Part shown: positions 9,271-18,165 of the stretch, piece after piece
Position numbering within the stretch: position 1 is the first letter of the stretch
Layout of the letters: every line of letters begins with the position of its first letter
NCBI GenBank assembly: GCA_965226655.1
Contig: CBDDDO010000007.1
Coordinates: forward strand, 98,532-162,531
Origin: Granulicella sp.
Lineage (GTDB): Bacteria; Acidobacteriota; Terriglobia; Terriglobales; Acidobacteriaceae
Length of the DNA: 64,000 nt
Direction: 5' to 3'
Position numbers and translations under genes: made by a program
The notes under the pieces: model-generated
The model's database searches: none
What the model was told of the DNA's origin: nothing
The model's input: the letters and a program-made list of their open reading frames with translations, nothing else

Positions 9271-10962
9271 CTAAGGTTCAAGCGAGCGCTGCAACGTTTC
9301 CAGCAAATCTTTTTCATCTTCAATCAGCACCATCGCGCCCGGATGCGGAACCGGCGGCGGCGGAATCTTGTTCAGCGCTTCCAGCAGCGCCTCACGGTCG
9401 ATCGGCTTCGAAAAGAACCCCGTCGCCGAGCTCGACCGCGCCCGATCAGCCTGATCCAGAATCGTCATAATCAACACCGGCACCGCAGCCAAAGTCGGAT
9501 CCTTACGAATCTCACCAAGCACCGACCACCCATCAAGCCCCGGCAGCACAATGTCCAGCAGGATCGCATCCGGCTTCAACTCGCGCGCCCGCACCAGCCC
9601 CGGCTCACCCGCCGTCGCAACCGCCAGGTCATACGTCTCCCGCGGCAGCGTCCGCCGCAGCATGTCATGCACATAAGGATCGTCGTCGATCACCAGTACC
9701 AGCCGCTTGCCCGTCGCAGGATCATGCTTGTCGTCAGGCGTAGCCGGCGCCGGCGCATCCTGCGAAGCGTCCGCATTCTCCCCAGCCAGCTCGCGCACCT
9801 GCAGCGGCAGCGTAACGATGAACGCCGAGCCCTTGCCCTGCTCGCTCTCAACGCGAACACTCCCGCCCATAATCTCCGCAAAGCTCTTCGTAATCGAAAG
9901 CCCCAGCCCCGTCCCGCCGAACTTACGTGAAGTCGAAGACTCCGCCTGCGTAAACGGCTGAAACAGCTTCGCGCACTGCTCCGGCGTCATCCCGATGCCG
10001 CTGTCGCGCACCGTGAACTGGATGCCCGGCTCTCCCGCCGCAGTCGTGGCATGCGCCACATTCAGCTCCACCTGCCCATCGGAGGTGAACTTGCACGCAT
10101 TGCCGAGCAGGTTGAACAGGATCTGCCGCAGCTTCAGCGCGTCCGCATGCATCGACCCCGCATCCGGCTCCCCCGTCAGCACCAGCGTATTGCGATTCTT
10201 CTGCACCAGCGGCTGCGTCAGCGCGATGACATCTTCAATGGCCTTCTTGATCGAGAAGTCTTCAAGAAACAGCGTCGTCTTGCCCGCTTCGATCTTCGAA
10301 AGATCGAGCACCGCGTTGATCAGCGAAAGCAGATGATGCCCGGCCGTATGGATCTTCTTCAGGTCAGGCAGATAGTCGAGGTTGCCCTCATCCTCAGCCT
10401 GCTCCTGCAGCATCTCGCTATACCCGATGATGGCATTGAGCGGCGTCCGCAGCTCATGGCTCATGTTCGCCAGGAACGTCGACTTCGCCTGGTTCGCCGC
10501 CTCTGCAGCTTCCTTCTGCGCCTCAAGCTCTTTCTGCTGCGCATCCAGCTTCAGCCGCATCACATACGCCGTCGAGTGATACCGCACACGCGCCAGCAAC
10601 TCAATCTCTTCCGGCAGCTTCACAATGTAGTCGTTCGCGCCCGCCCGGAAGCTGTCCGCCTTGGTCGCGGCATCTTCCTTCGAAGACAAAACAATGATCG
10701 GCACCGAAGCCGTAACCGGGTTCTCGCGAAACCGCCGCACCATCTCCAGGCCATCGATATCCGGCAGCACCAGGTCCTGCAGGATCAGCGTCGGCTGAAT
10801 CGCTTCCGCCTTCGCGACGGCCTCTTCGGCATGCTGACAGAAGTGGAACTCGATATCGGCTTGCGAGCGCAGCATCCGGCGAACGGCCTCGCCAATAATG
10901 CGCTGGTCGTCGACGAGGAGGACTTTAAGGGCGGGCTCGGCGGTCGTTGCTTCGGTCGTCAA
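9271..10962 (-). CDS. Hybrid sensor histidine kinase: REC - coiled coil - HisKA - HATPase_c - REC
   Basis: 563 aa. N-terminal REC (VLLVDDQ...[13 protein letters not shown]). H-box [21 protein letters not shown] boxes ([22 protein letters not shown]). Second REC (LVLVIDDD...[13 protein letters not shown]). Confidence 0.9.
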   Translation of the reverse strand: MTTEATTAEPALKVLLVDDQRIIGEAVRRMLRSQADIEFHFCQHAEEAVAKAEAIQPTLILQDLVLPDIDGLEMVRRFRENPVTASVPIIVLSSKEDAATKADSFRAGANDYIVKLPEEIELLARVRYHSTAYVMRLKLDAQQKELEAQKEAAEAANQAKSTFLANMSHELRTPLNAIIGYSEMLQEQAEDEGNLDYLPDLKKIHTAGHHLLSLINAVLDLSKIEAGKTTLFLEDFSIKKAIEDVIALTQPLVQKNRNTLVLTGEPDAGSMHADALKLRQILFNLLGNACKFTSDGQVELNVAHATTAAGEPGIQFTVRDSGIGMTPEQCAKLFQPFTQAESSTSRKFGGTGLGLSITKSFAEIMGGSVRVESEQGKGSAFIVTLPLQVRELAGENADASQDAPAPATPDDKHDPATGKRLVLVIDDDPYVHDMLRRTLPRETYDLAVATAGEPGLVRARELKPDAILLDIVLPGLDGWSVLGEIRKDPTLAAVPVLIMTILDQADRARSSSATGFFSKPIDREALLEALNKIPPPPVPHPGAMVLIEDEKDLLETLQRSLEP

Positions 10963-10980
10963 GGTCGGTCGCTGACTGCG

Positions 10981-11190
10981 CTAGACAGCTTTGCGCTGGA
11001 AGGTAGTTTTCTTGGTCCCGGCGAAGGAGTCCTTCGCCTTAAAGTTGGCGGCCGTAGCTTTCGGAAGCGGCTTGGCGCCGGGGGCAGCACTGGCGGCGTT
11101 GGCAGCCTTCTCGCGCAGGGCCTGCAGTTTCTGGGCCTGGCGGCTCAGGCCGCCAACCTTGACTCCGGGTTTGGGAATGAAATCGCTCAT
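10981..11190 (-). CDS. Small Lys/Ala-rich hypothetical protein
   Basis: 69-aa ORF, 18 nt upstream of the hybrid kinase on the same strand, with a GAGG-like RBS upstream. No recognisable domain. Confidence 0.4.
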   Translation of the reverse strand: MSDFIPKPGVKVGGLSRQAQKLQALREKAANAASAAPGAKPLPKATAANFKAKDSFAGTKKTTFQRKAV

Positions 11191-11291
11191 AGAGAAATCC
11201 TACCTCAGGAGACCCCCACCGTTGCTGTCACCGCCCGCCAGATTACCTCCCGGCGCGCCGTGTCGTCGACCTCTAACCTGTCTGCCGTGAT

Positions 11292-12200
11292 CTACCCATG
11301 CGAGAAGAATCCAGACGGCAAAGCTGCCTCAAGCTGGATCGGTTCTCCGCTAATGGGGTGGTGAAACTTCAGAAACTGGGCGTGCAGCAAATATCCGCCA
11401 TCACCCGGCAGGCCGGGAAGCGTTTCAAGCGGCTGGCCGCTTGGTCCATACAGTGGATCGCCTACCAGGGGATGTCCGATGGACGCCAGATGGATTCTGA
11501 TTTGATGAGGCCGGCCCGAATACAGGCTTACCTCAAACGTCGTGGTGCTTGCCGTGCGAGAGATCACCTTCGCCACGGACTTGGACGGCTTGCCGCCTGG
11601 TCGGCCATTGGGGTTGGCCGCCCACACGGAACCGAGCAGCGGGTGCGGCACAAGGCCGATGGGCGTTTGCATGTCGTAGACATCCTGCTGGGCGACGCCT
11701 TGAGCCAGCGCCCGGTAGATTTTTTGAACTCTGGGGGTGTTCCAGTCTGCAGAAAGTTGAGCGGCCGCCTGCGGTGTCTTGGCAAACAGCACGATGCCGG
11801 TCGTAGCTCGGCCCAACCGGTGGACAGGGTTTGCGTTGGGGTTTTGCTGCTGCACCAGACGCAAGAGCGTGCTTTCCAGAAACCCGCCACCGGGTAGGGT
11901 AGGCAGCCCGCCAGGTTTGTTGACGGCCAACAGAGAAGCGTCCTCGAACAGCACATCGAAGTGCTGCGGAGCGTCCGGCTCGATCCACGGCGGACGGTTC
12001 CAGACAAGCGTTTGGCCTGACGTGAGCGATTCGCTTCCATTGGCGGTGACGCCGTCGACGGTGACTTCGCCATTGTCCAGTGTTTGTTGCCAGACTTCTG
12101 GGGCTGAGTGCGGGTAAAGGCTTGCCAGGTGCGAGAGCAGCGCCCGTCCATGATCTTTGCTGCCGATGATGGTCGTATAGGCATAGCCCCGGTTGAGCAT
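11292..12200 (-). CDS. RluA-family pseudouridine synthase
   Basis: 302 aa. HRLGRATTGIVLFAK (the HRLDxxTSG catalytic-Asp motif), GRPHQIRIHLA, and an N-terminal S4-like region. Confidence 0.9.
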   Translation of the reverse strand: MLNRGYAYTTIIGSKDHGRALLSHLASLYPHSAPEVWQQTLDNGEVTVDGVTANGSESLTSGQTLVWNRPPWIEPDAPQHFDVLFEDASLLAVNKPGGLPTLPGGGFLESTLLRLVQQQNPNANPVHRLGRATTGIVLFAKTPQAAAQLSADWNTPRVQKIYRALAQGVAQQDVYDMQTPIGLVPHPLLGSVWAANPNGRPGGKPSKSVAKVISRTASTTTFEVSLYSGRPHQIRIHLASIGHPLVGDPLYGPSGQPLETLPGLPGDGGYLLHAQFLKFHHPISGEPIQLEAALPSGFFSHG

Positions 12201-12365
12201 GTGGTTTGAGTCTAAGCGATGCTTCCGGCCAGGAATTGATCACTGACGACATGCCGACTTCTAGGGACTAATCCGACCTTGATGAGTGACCGGCGATTCG
12301 GCGCTAATCCAGTACCGATACTGTCCGAGTAATGCGTTGAACGACACCTTGAGGCGCCTTCTGCT

Positions 12366-14036
12366 TTAACCAGCTGGCTTAACACCCAATACTCTGTAGA
12401 ACATGGGATGAATGGACACGCCCGTGTCTAAGCTTATGGTGTCGGCGACTATGGTCGATGGCCCTTCGTTGGACCATTGATAACTTTCGAACGCGTCAGT
12501 CTTTAAACCAACTAAACCTGTTATGTAAAAAATATGGATTAGGGAGCACAAGAAAATCTCCCAACTAACAATTCCTTCAACGACGCCTCTAGCTTGGGTT
12601 ATCGGTAGGTCGAGACTTGCATTTGCTGGTCGCACTGCAATCGATAGGTTCAAGCAAAACTCTTCTGTTTCCTCCTGCGAAATTGCATTGAGCCTAAAGG
12701 AAGACGGTCGTTTTTTTAGAAGAGCCGATGCCGCGATCAGTGTTGGATAATCCGCTTGCCATTCGTCTTGAAGACTCCTCATTCTAAGCTTTGAGTAGAC
12801 GCCTTCCCCATCGAGAATCATCTCTTTTGTGACGGCGGGCTTGCCCGGTGCATGTTCAAGAACGCTATTGAAAAACTCGATTAGGTCGCGAGGGCGCATC
12901 AGTGTTCGACTTATTAAGTATTCTGCACCGCTACCCTCACGACCCAGACGCGAGGGTAATATATCCGTGTATCTAACCGGCTTCTTCGTGTAAGTTTGGC
13001 GAACCATAAAATCCACACGTTTATCGAGAACTTCCAAAAGTTGTGACTCGGTCCATCGAATATTAAGATAGAGGCTCCTGTATTTCTCCTCCTGAAAACC
13101 TGGGTCACGCGTAAATTTGAACACTCGCTCAATCAAGTCTGTTCGAAGTACGGTGACGATCTTCACATTCCTGACTTGGAGAAAATCGCGAATGGTCTCT
13201 ATTAGACTTCGTATAAGCAGGTAACGGAAGTTGTCGTCAACCCAGTTCTCATCAAGGCGGTCGATACATACGAAGTATTTCTGCTTCTCATCTGCGAACA
13301 CATCTTCATTCAAGAACGTCAGGACATCCGTGAGCTCCTTCATCTGGATCGAGTTGATTACATTCATGCCTCGTTGAACAACTTCTACTTTTTCTTCATC
13401 TGACAACTTAGAAGCTCGATCCGCTCCGAAGTCAGCGAAGTTAAATTTTCCTTTAACGCTCGCGGTGAGATCTTTTTCCACCTTGTGAACGATTTCCTTG
13501 ATCCGATACTCCGCATTTTCCCAAAACTGATCGCTCCATTGCAGCAAATACTGAATAGCCTTTTCCTTATTAGTGTCGCGTGTGACCAATGCCCCAATCC
13601 GGTCCAAAAAGGACTGTTTCTCCCAGCTGTATCCTAGGTCATACCGCTTCTTGAGTAGCTCGATGGTGAAAACATGGCGCCACAGTAGTCTAAAAAAAAG
13701 GTCTAGCTTTACACCGGCTCCCAGAAAAAACTGAAGAATCGAAGAGTTCGTGAGGTAGTTGAATGCTAAAGATTCGGGATGGATTAACACTCCCCCAGTC
13801 TCATCGATCAGCCTATGCATGAGTGCGCTCTTGCCAACGCCAGTGCGTCCTAAAATAATTCGGCGCCGATCAGAACAGTCCAACAGGGGTTCGAGATCGC
13901 CGGTATCAACGAAGCACTGACTCAAAAACTTCTCATCCTCTTCGGCAGCGGCCGCTCCAATTGACGCGTGCTTCCGAAACGTAAACTTGTCAGATTTTTG
14001 AAGTGGCAGAGGCATAATCACAAATATAGCCTTCAC
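12366..14036 (-). CDS. Solitary P-loop NTPase (STAND/KAP-like; possibly the Sll1717-type ATPase family) on a low-GC islet; candidate defence gene
   Basis: 556-aa ORF (GTG 14036; alternative ATG at 14015). Walker A: ILGRTGVGKSAL. Walker B: YFVCIDRLDENW. The long helical C-terminal region has no recognised effector domain. The gene is visibly AT-richer than its flanks. Confidence 0.75.
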   Translation of the reverse strand: MKAIFVIMPLPLQKSDKFTFRKHASIGAAAAEEDEKFLSQCFVDTGDLEPLLDCSDRRRIILGRTGVGKSALMHRLIDETGGVLIHPESLAFNYLTNSSILQFFLGAGVKLDLFFRLLWRHVFTIELLKKRYDLGYSWEKQSFLDRIGALVTRDTNKEKAIQYLLQWSDQFWENAEYRIKEIVHKVEKDLTASVKGKFNFADFGADRASKLSDEEKVEVVQRGMNVINSIQMKELTDVLTFLNEDVFADEKQKYFVCIDRLDENWVDDNFRYLLIRSLIETIRDFLQVRNVKIVTVLRTDLIERVFKFTRDPGFQEEKYRSLYLNIRWTESQLLEVLDKRVDFMVRQTYTKKPVRYTDILPSRLGREGSGAEYLISRTLMRPRDLIEFFNSVLEHAPGKPAVTKEMILDGEGVYSKLRMRSLQDEWQADYPTLIAASALLKKRPSSFRLNAISQEETEEFCLNLSIAVRPANASLDLPITQARGVVEGIVSWEIFLCSLIHIFYITGLVGLKTDAFESYQWSNEGPSTIVADTISLDTGVSIHPMFYRVLGVKPAG

Positions 14037-14230
14037 AGGACACGGCGGGCGGGCGTATTGATTAGGAGATCAAGATTGTTGCCGGATGTCCGACCGTCGG
14101 GAACGCACTTCCTGGCGGCTCGTGTCCCTTCGGGTGATTCGTCCTCATAAACGCCCATCTCGTCCTTTGTCCGAACACCCACGTACCCTGAAGCGCGAGA
14201 TCACATCAAAATCATCGGCAGTCGCCGCAC

Positions 14231-15292
14231 TTATCGCTTCTGCCCGGCAAACTCCAACAGCCGCGGTGCGATCTCCGCCAGCAGTGTCGGCTGCTCCACC
14301 GCGCCCAGCTTCAGCGCAATCCCAGGCATGCCATAGACGACGCAGCTTGCCGGATCCTGCGCAAAGGTAGGCGCACCCGCATGTCGCAGAGCAAGCAATC
14401 CCGCCGCTCCATCCGCGCCCATGCCCGTCAGCAACACACCGCAGCGGTGGATGCCACGCAGCAGTGCCAGCGACTCCAGAAACACATCGACCGAAGGACG
14501 ATTCGGCGCATCGACTGGTTCGTCGGTGTAATGCAGCCGCAGCGCGCCCGAAGCATTCGCGCGTACCGTAAGGTGATTTTCGGAGTCGCAAAGCCACACA
14601 CCCGCGCGATGCAACGCATCATCTTCCGCTGCGAGCCGTATGGGCAGCTTGGACTCCCGCTGCAACCAGCGCTGCAGTCCAGGGACAAACTGCCGGTCCA
14701 GATGCTGCACGATAACAATCGCGGCGTTGAAGTTGTCGGGCAGCGCTCGCAGAATCGTCGCAATGGCCTGCGGTCCGCCGGTAGAGGCGCCTATGCCGAC
14801 AAGCGCCGGGACGTGGTCTTCCTGCGCAGCCACCGCTGGTCGTGTGGAGCTGGCAGACGGACGGCTGAAGGGGCTCGCCGTAATCGTAGTGGGCTGTTTG
14901 GAAGCGTTGCGGACCAGGCGGCTCACGGTGGTGAGCTTGCGGCGAAGCTCGCTCGCCCCCTCAGGCGTGCTGGCGTCCGGCGTGTTCACCGCATCGAGCG
15001 CACCTTTGCCCATCGCCGCATAAACCAGCTCGCGATTGCCGGTAACCGTCGCCGTGACGATGAGGATCGCACAGGGACGGATCTTCATCATGGCTTCCGT
15101 AGTCTGCGCACCGTCGAGGCCAGGCATGATGAGGTCCATCAGCACAATGTCAACGGGATGGTCGCGATACTTCTGGATGGCAGACTCGCCGTCCAGCGCC
15201 GTCCAGCCCACCTCGAAGCCCGGCATGGCGGCGACGATGCGTTTCAAGGCTTCGGTGATCAGACGGAGATCGTTGACGATGCCAACCTGCAT
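14231..15292 (-). CDS. cheB: Protein-glutamate methylesterase CheB (REC + methylesterase), WspF-like position
   Basis: 353 aa. REC: VGIVNDL...DIVLMDLIMPGLDG. Esterase: GIGASTGGPQA, VIVQHL, GVLLTGMGADG. Confidence 0.92.
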   Translation of the reverse strand: MQVGIVNDLRLITEALKRIVAAMPGFEVGWTALDGESAIQKYRDHPVDIVLMDLIMPGLDGAQTTEAMMKIRPCAILIVTATVTGNRELVYAAMGKGALDAVNTPDASTPEGASELRRKLTTVSRLVRNASKQPTTITASPFSRPSASSTRPAVAAQEDHVPALVGIGASTGGPQAIATILRALPDNFNAAIVIVQHLDRQFVPGLQRWLQRESKLPIRLAAEDDALHRAGVWLCDSENHLTVRANASGALRLHYTDEPVDAPNRPSVDVFLESLALLRGIHRCGVLLTGMGADGAAGLLALRHAGAPTFAQDPASCVVYGMPGIALKLGAVEQPTLLAEIAPRLLEFAGQKR

Positions 15293-17569
15293 TTACGCGG
15301 GCTCTCCTGAGTCGCCAGCGGGCGTTGGCAACTCCGCAGGGCCGACCAGATCGGTCACAACCTGCAGAAAAGCCTGCTCCTGGAATTCGCCCTTTGTAAC
15401 ATAAGCGTCGGCTCCTGCCTCCAGACCGCGTTTGCGATCCTCTTCGCGGCCCTTGTAGGAAAGCAAAATGATAGGCATGTGCGAGAGCCGTGAGTTGCCG
15501 CGCACATGCTCGACAAGCTCAATGCCGTTCATCTCCGGCATGTCCACATCCGAAACCAGAAGATCGAAGTGCTGGATCTGGAGCAGGTTCCAGGCCTCTG
15601 CTCCATGCTCGGCCGTGGCAACGTGGTAACGCGCGCGCAGCAGCGTGCGGCGCAGCATCTGGCGCACGGTGCCGGAGTCATCGACCACCAGCACAGATCC
15701 GCGGCCAACGGTTGTAGGGTCCGCATTCGGATCGCTCGGCACGTTGCGCTGCTGGGCCTGCTGCGCGAGCCGCAGGACATCGTCCGGCTCGATGATCAGC
15801 AGCGGAACGTTCTGCTCGGTGAGCGTAACGGCAGCGATGGCGGCCATGCGCCCAAGGCGCGGATCAAGCTGACGCACGGCGACCGTGGTGTCGTCCACAA
15901 CGCGATCGATCTGGAAGGCAATAGGAGCTTCATAGCCTTTTTCGTTCAGCAGGAAAAGCACCGTTGCTGGCCCAGGCTGCATGAGCGTTCCGCCGCTCTG
16001 CAGCGCGTTCATTAGGTGGATCACAGGCACGCGCGTCTCGCCGGCTTCGACCGTAGCCGACCCATCCGGTTCACTGCTGACGACGACCGTGGCGATACGC
16101 GAGAGACGGTTGAGCGGAATCGCATAAGTTTCGTTCTCGATTTCAATCCGCATCACCCGCATCAGCGAGCGCGTCACCGGCAGTGCGATATGGAACGTCG
16201 TTCCGAGCCCCGGTCGGTTCTCGATCTTGACCGACCCGCCGGACTCATGGACAGCGGACTGCACAACATCAAGCCCGAACCCCCGGCCTGAGATTTCAGT
16301 AACCTCCGTGCGGGTGCTGAAGCCGGGAAGGAAGAGAAACTCGAGTATTTCCGCGTCGGAAAGCAGAGCGGCAGTCGATTGCTGGACGAGGTTGCGTTCG
16401 ATGGCGCGCTCAGCGACAGCGGAGATGCTGACGCCATTGCCATCGTCAGCCAGCGTGACGGCGAGCCGTCCATTAGCATGCCACGCGCGCAGGCTGATCG
16501 TGCCCTCCTCCGGCTTGCCCGCGGCAACGCGGGCAGCCGGAGATTCGAGGCCGTGATCAAGCGCGTTACGAAGCAGATGCTCCAGCGGCGCGCGGAGTTT
16601 TTCGAGAATGTCGCGGTCAACCTCTGTACGCTCGCCAGTGACAACCAGCGCGACACGCTTGCCCATCTCGGCGGAGATGTCACGAACCAAGCGTCTGAGG
16701 TTCGGTACCACGTCACCGAACGGCCGCAACCGGGCGTGTAACACCTCCTGGTGCAAGCGCTCGGAGTTGGCCTCATGCGTATGAATCATGCGGTCAAGCT
16801 CATGCAGCAGCCCACCGAGCCGTGCACGATCCGTCTCACCCTGCCGCATGATGATGGCGAGTGCAGCAGCCTGCTTCTCAGGGTCGCGCGCCCCCTTGCG
16901 TCGAGCATCGGCAACCGAGCGGACAAGCCGCTCCAAACGCCGCTGGATGCGCTGCATCTGCTCCTGCAACCGCACCAGCGCCTGCGACTGCACGAGATTG
17001 TCGGACGACATCGCGATAATGCGATCGAAGCGCTGCGAGGTAATACGAAGGTTGAAGTCTGCTGTAGTACGGTCGGCGTCGGAAGCTTCCACTGCCGGCT
17101 TGGCGAGGTCTTCACTGGAGAGTATGAAACTGGTTTCTTTCACCTCCGTTCCTGACGTGGCTTCCGTAGCGGTGGGCTCACCTGTCAGTTCGGTGACTAG
17201 GGAGGAGATGATGTCTTCTTTAGCGTTGGACCAGGCCGGTGCTTCGTCTTCCGAGATGGCCGAGAGCTCGCGCAAGACGTCGACAGAACGAAGCAGGATG
17301 TCGACTTCAGATGGAACAAGGCTGCGGCCTTCCTGCGCCGCTACAAAGCGCTCCTCCATCGCGTGCGTAAGCCGCACAGCAGCGCTCAGCCCAACGACAC
17401 GCGCTGCCCCCTTGAGCGAGTGCGCGCCGCGCATCAGCGACCGCAGGCCTGCCTCGTTGGCTTCGCCGTCCTTGAGGGCGAGCAGCCGCGACTGCAGTTG
17501 TTCAACCTGCTCTTCCGCCTCCATGCGGAACATGTCGTATATCGATAAATCGTCGAGGTCGTCGTTCAT
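15293..17569 (-). CDS. cheA: CheA-type histidine kinase fused to a C-terminal receiver (Hpt - dimerisation - HATPase - CheW-like - REC), WspE-like
   Basis: 758 aa. Hpt: LMRGAHSLKGAARVVGL. HATPase: HLLRNALDHG, DDGNG, SGRGFGLDVV. CheW-like segment. REC: VLVVDDSGTVRQML...DLLVSDVDMPEMNG. Its stop abuts the cheB start. Confidence 0.92.
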   Translation of the reverse strand: MNDDLDDLSIYDMFRMEAEEQVEQLQSRLLALKDGEANEAGLRSLMRGAHSLKGAARVVGLSAAVRLTHAMEERFVAAQEGRSLVPSEVDILLRSVDVLRELSAISEDEAPAWSNAKEDIISSLVTELTGEPTATEATSGTEVKETSFILSSEDLAKPAVEASDADRTTADFNLRITSQRFDRIIAMSSDNLVQSQALVRLQEQMQRIQRRLERLVRSVADARRKGARDPEKQAAALAIIMRQGETDRARLGGLLHELDRMIHTHEANSERLHQEVLHARLRPFGDVVPNLRRLVRDISAEMGKRVALVVTGERTEVDRDILEKLRAPLEHLLRNALDHGLESPAARVAAGKPEEGTISLRAWHANGRLAVTLADDGNGVSISAVAERAIERNLVQQSTAALLSDAEILEFLFLPGFSTRTEVTEISGRGFGLDVVQSAVHESGGSVKIENRPGLGTTFHIALPVTRSLMRVMRIEIENETYAIPLNRLSRIATVVVSSEPDGSATVEAGETRVPVIHLMNALQSGGTLMQPGPATVLFLLNEKGYEAPIAFQIDRVVDDTTVAVRQLDPRLGRMAAIAAVTLTEQNVPLLIIEPDDVLRLAQQAQQRNVPSDPNADPTTVGRGSVLVVDDSGTVRQMLRRTLLRARYHVATAEHGAEAWNLLQIQHFDLLVSDVDMPEMNGIELVEHVRGNSRLSHMPIILLSYKGREEDRKRGLEAGADAYVTKGEFQEQAFLQVVTDLVGPAELPTPAGDSGEPA

Positions 17570-18165
17570 GCTGTAGCGCGTTGCAGTCGTTGAAACAGGG
17601 TTTCCGGCCGCAGAGTATCGATCATCTGGCCGCGTTCGTCTTCAAAAAGACAGTCCGACCAGTCTTTCCCAAGCTGGCCTAAGCCTTTAGTATGTTCAAC
17701 TTGGCGGTCATGGAGAATACCGGTACTAACACCGAGCACAGCATCCACAGGGAAAGCCCACCGTTCACCGGGACGCTGTTCGAGCACGATGGTGCGGGCT
17801 TCAGCGCCATTGGTAGAGTCGGCCGCGCCGAGGATGCGGGCGAGGGAACAGCAGGGGATAATATCGCCCGAAAAGGCTACAAGTCCTAGAAAAGCCGTGT
17901 TATCGCGGTGGGGCACGGGGCAGACGATGAGGGGACTGGTGACGGCTTTGACGTAGCGGGAGGCGATGGCGAGGGGGAGGGAGGCTATGCGGAATTCGAG
18001 CATAGAGTCTTTGCGCTCAGCACTTTCCGGGATTGGCTGAGCGAGGATTTCGGTCCATTCGGCGGCGTAGCCTGCTGGCATGGGTTGCGCGAAGAAGCGG
18101 CGTCGTTCTTCGAGGCGTTTGGTCAAACGTACTTCGTTTTCAGCAAGATGCGAGGGGTCGCTCAT
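17566..18165 (-). CDS. cheW: CheW-like coupling protein (second copy, WspD-like position)
   Basis: I take MSDPSHLAENEV... as the start (199 aa). ATGA overlaps occur with the cheR stop (18162-18165) and with the cheA start (17566-17569). The Pro/Arg-rich 5' extension of the 406-aa track ORF is a shadow of cheR. Confidence 0.8.
   Translation of the reverse strand: MSDPSHLAENEVRLTKRLEERRRFFAQPMPAGYAAEWTEILAQPIPESAERKDSMLEFRIASLPLAIASRYVKAVTSPLIVCPVPHRDNTAFLGLVAFSGDIIPCCSLARILGAADSTNGAEARTIVLEQRPGERWAFPVDAVLGVSTGILHDRQVEHTKGLGQLGKDWSDCLFEDERGQMIDTLRPETLFQRLQRATA

Noticed and set aside
10051-11364. 437-aa plus-strand ORF and other long plus-strand ORFs over 9259-11364
   Set aside because: They are antisense to the hybrid histidine kinase and the small ORF. 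The composition is Arg/Gln/Leu/His-rich low complexity, and no start or RBS context supports them.
12201-14230. Prophage or integrative-element borders around the low-GC gene
   Set aside because: No integrase, recombinase, transposase, tRNA target or flanking direct repeats could be found. It is reported only as a compositional islet.
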